64,000 nt of DNA from the NCBI RefSeq assembly GCF_052425735.1, contig NC_135760.1, positions 4,030,001 through 4,094,000 on the forward strand, read 5' to 3'. Within the stretch, counting starts at the first letter, position 1; the number at the start of each line of letters is the position of its first letter. Both the position numbers and the translations under genes were made by a program. Source of the stretch: Oculina patagonica (lineage: Eukaryota). This document shows positions 62,514-64,000 of this stretch, piece by piece. A model generated the notes under the pieces. The model was not told the origin of the DNA, ran no database searches, and saw only the letters and a program-made list of their open reading frames with translations.

Positions 62514-64000
62514 GGTTAAAATTCCCGCATAAAATTCAGTAAACCACGAGTAAAACCACTCGAGACAGTGATCATCATGACAAGCGGTCTTAACCATCGT
62601 GACGTCACCATCTAAGGTCATTGAAGGGGGGAGAGCAGGGGGGGCTGGCAGCGAGGTCTGGGACGAGTTTCGATGATCGCCCCAGTTAAGAAATATGGCC
62701 GAGTGGGACTAAGTACCGTTTTAATTGAAAACAAAGATGGCGGAAGTTTATGGCGGACGGTCGTTTGCGAAGGTTCATAAACGTTTCGAGAACTGTTTCC
62801 GCGTTCGAACATCCAGGGGTTCGTTTAAGCACTTTTTATCTAAATTTCGATTTTTAAGAAGTATCACAGGTGAAGTTTACGCCGCAAACTGGCGAACGGG
62901 ACCACCACTGCGTTTTTACACCCCAGTGAAGACAACGAAATCTCACAGCAGAATATTTTTAGTAGTTGTTTCATACACTGGATAAGCTGAACGATCTTTA
63001 TTTCTGGACTAGACGCTATGACGGTAAGGGTAGCCATTTTCGGACAGTTTTTTTTTTCTGTAAGACTTAGATCAAACCGTTGTTGACGTAGTTGTTATTG
63101 AGAAAGTGCAGAAGGTTTGATATGACTCCTTTTGTTTTATAATTTTCCCAATTAAGCCTCAGAGCCTAGTTAGAATTTGAATATAAGAATATAATATCTA
63201 GAGTAACATGGAACTGAAATACAGTTTATCGAAATAAAATATATCAAAATTTAATTGGCCTACCAGTATTTTTTATTTTATGTTTTGCACCAGTTACAAT
63301 AACATTTTTTTATGTTCAATTCAGTAGTGTTGTAAGATTAGGTGGTAATGTTTGCAACAGTTTTCTTTATTTAATCTTTTGAACTGAGCATGTCTTCGTG
63401 ATAATGGCGCTCACTGAGAAAGCTGGTGGGGTAACCTTGCATTTAGACTTTGCCTATCACACCTGTGGGGTGAGAATTGAAACTTGCAGGAGGCTGGTTG
63501 GTTGTAGAATGCTTCACCTAAAACTTAGTGACCACGGTTTGCTGTATTTACTTGAGGAAAAAATGAAACTTGAGTTCTGAGGGGGCTTAAAATGTTTTTA
63601 GCAATGCATTATCTTGAAATGCTTTTACAAATAAAATAATTATACCATGGTGGAGTTTGCATCTGCTCCTCAAATGTACATGTGTGTACCCTGGTAGAGA
63701 AATAATTGAGACACTGCATGGGATCTGACACTTTAAAAAATCCTATTGAGACTTACTTAACCTGTTGATTCTTAACTGCCCTACCTGTCCAAAGAAAAAA
63801 TCAATTTCTACTCGCATCCAGTTGAATAATCTTTCTGCTGACCAGGAAAAAGTTTCAGATGTAAATGTAAAAAAATATATGTAAAATTAAAGTTGTTTAC
63901 AGTGGTCATGCCCTTAACTTCAAGGGAAACAAAAATTTTAAATGAACATAACAGTTACAAATTCCAACTAGCAGGAGGCAGACCAGTTCTCTATCTACAA

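Noticed and set aside
62725-63580. Start of a plus-strand gene (CAAAGATGGCGG; ORFs 62725-62985 and 63398-63580)
   Set aside because: Looks promoter-like, but I could not build a supported exon chain or recognise a product within the window

Overview
Eukaryotic, AT-rich, intron-containing DNA. Gene families and repeat content suggest a cnidarian, probably a stony coral (inference). The supplied ORF track ignores splicing and uses bacterial-style starts, so I rebuilt the genes by hand from GT-AG junctions and reading phase. Host genes: a 5-exon glycolipid transfer protein gene (-) head-to-head with a 3-exon C2H2 zinc-finger gene (+); a 7-exon secreted MANSC-like/mucin/lectin-like gene (-) largely invisible to the ORF track; and three intronless BTB-BACK-PHR (BTBD6-like) paralogs, one intact, one split by a transposon and one frameshifted. 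Two large DNA transposons dominate. (1) 20027-27988 is a P-superfamily, Galileo-like foldback element with CACAGG ends, a 7-bp TSD and ~1.3-kb TIRs. Its spliced transposase starts with an RFX-like winged helix instead of THAP. It carries a second, convergent gene with motifs resembling the P-transposase C-terminal domain. Its TIRs duplicate the promoter and the DNA-binding exons, and a related MITE sits 26 bp away. This is the best candidate for an undescribed system. (2) 51683-57446 is an apparently intact ISL2EU-type element (THAP-DDE transposase plus SWIM-YqaJ-PHD protein, perfect 103-bp TIRs, AT TSD) inserted in a BTB gene. Many MITEs, tRNA-derived SINEs, a LINE 3' fragment and one assembly gap fill the rest. 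All domain calls are by eye; no database searches were run.
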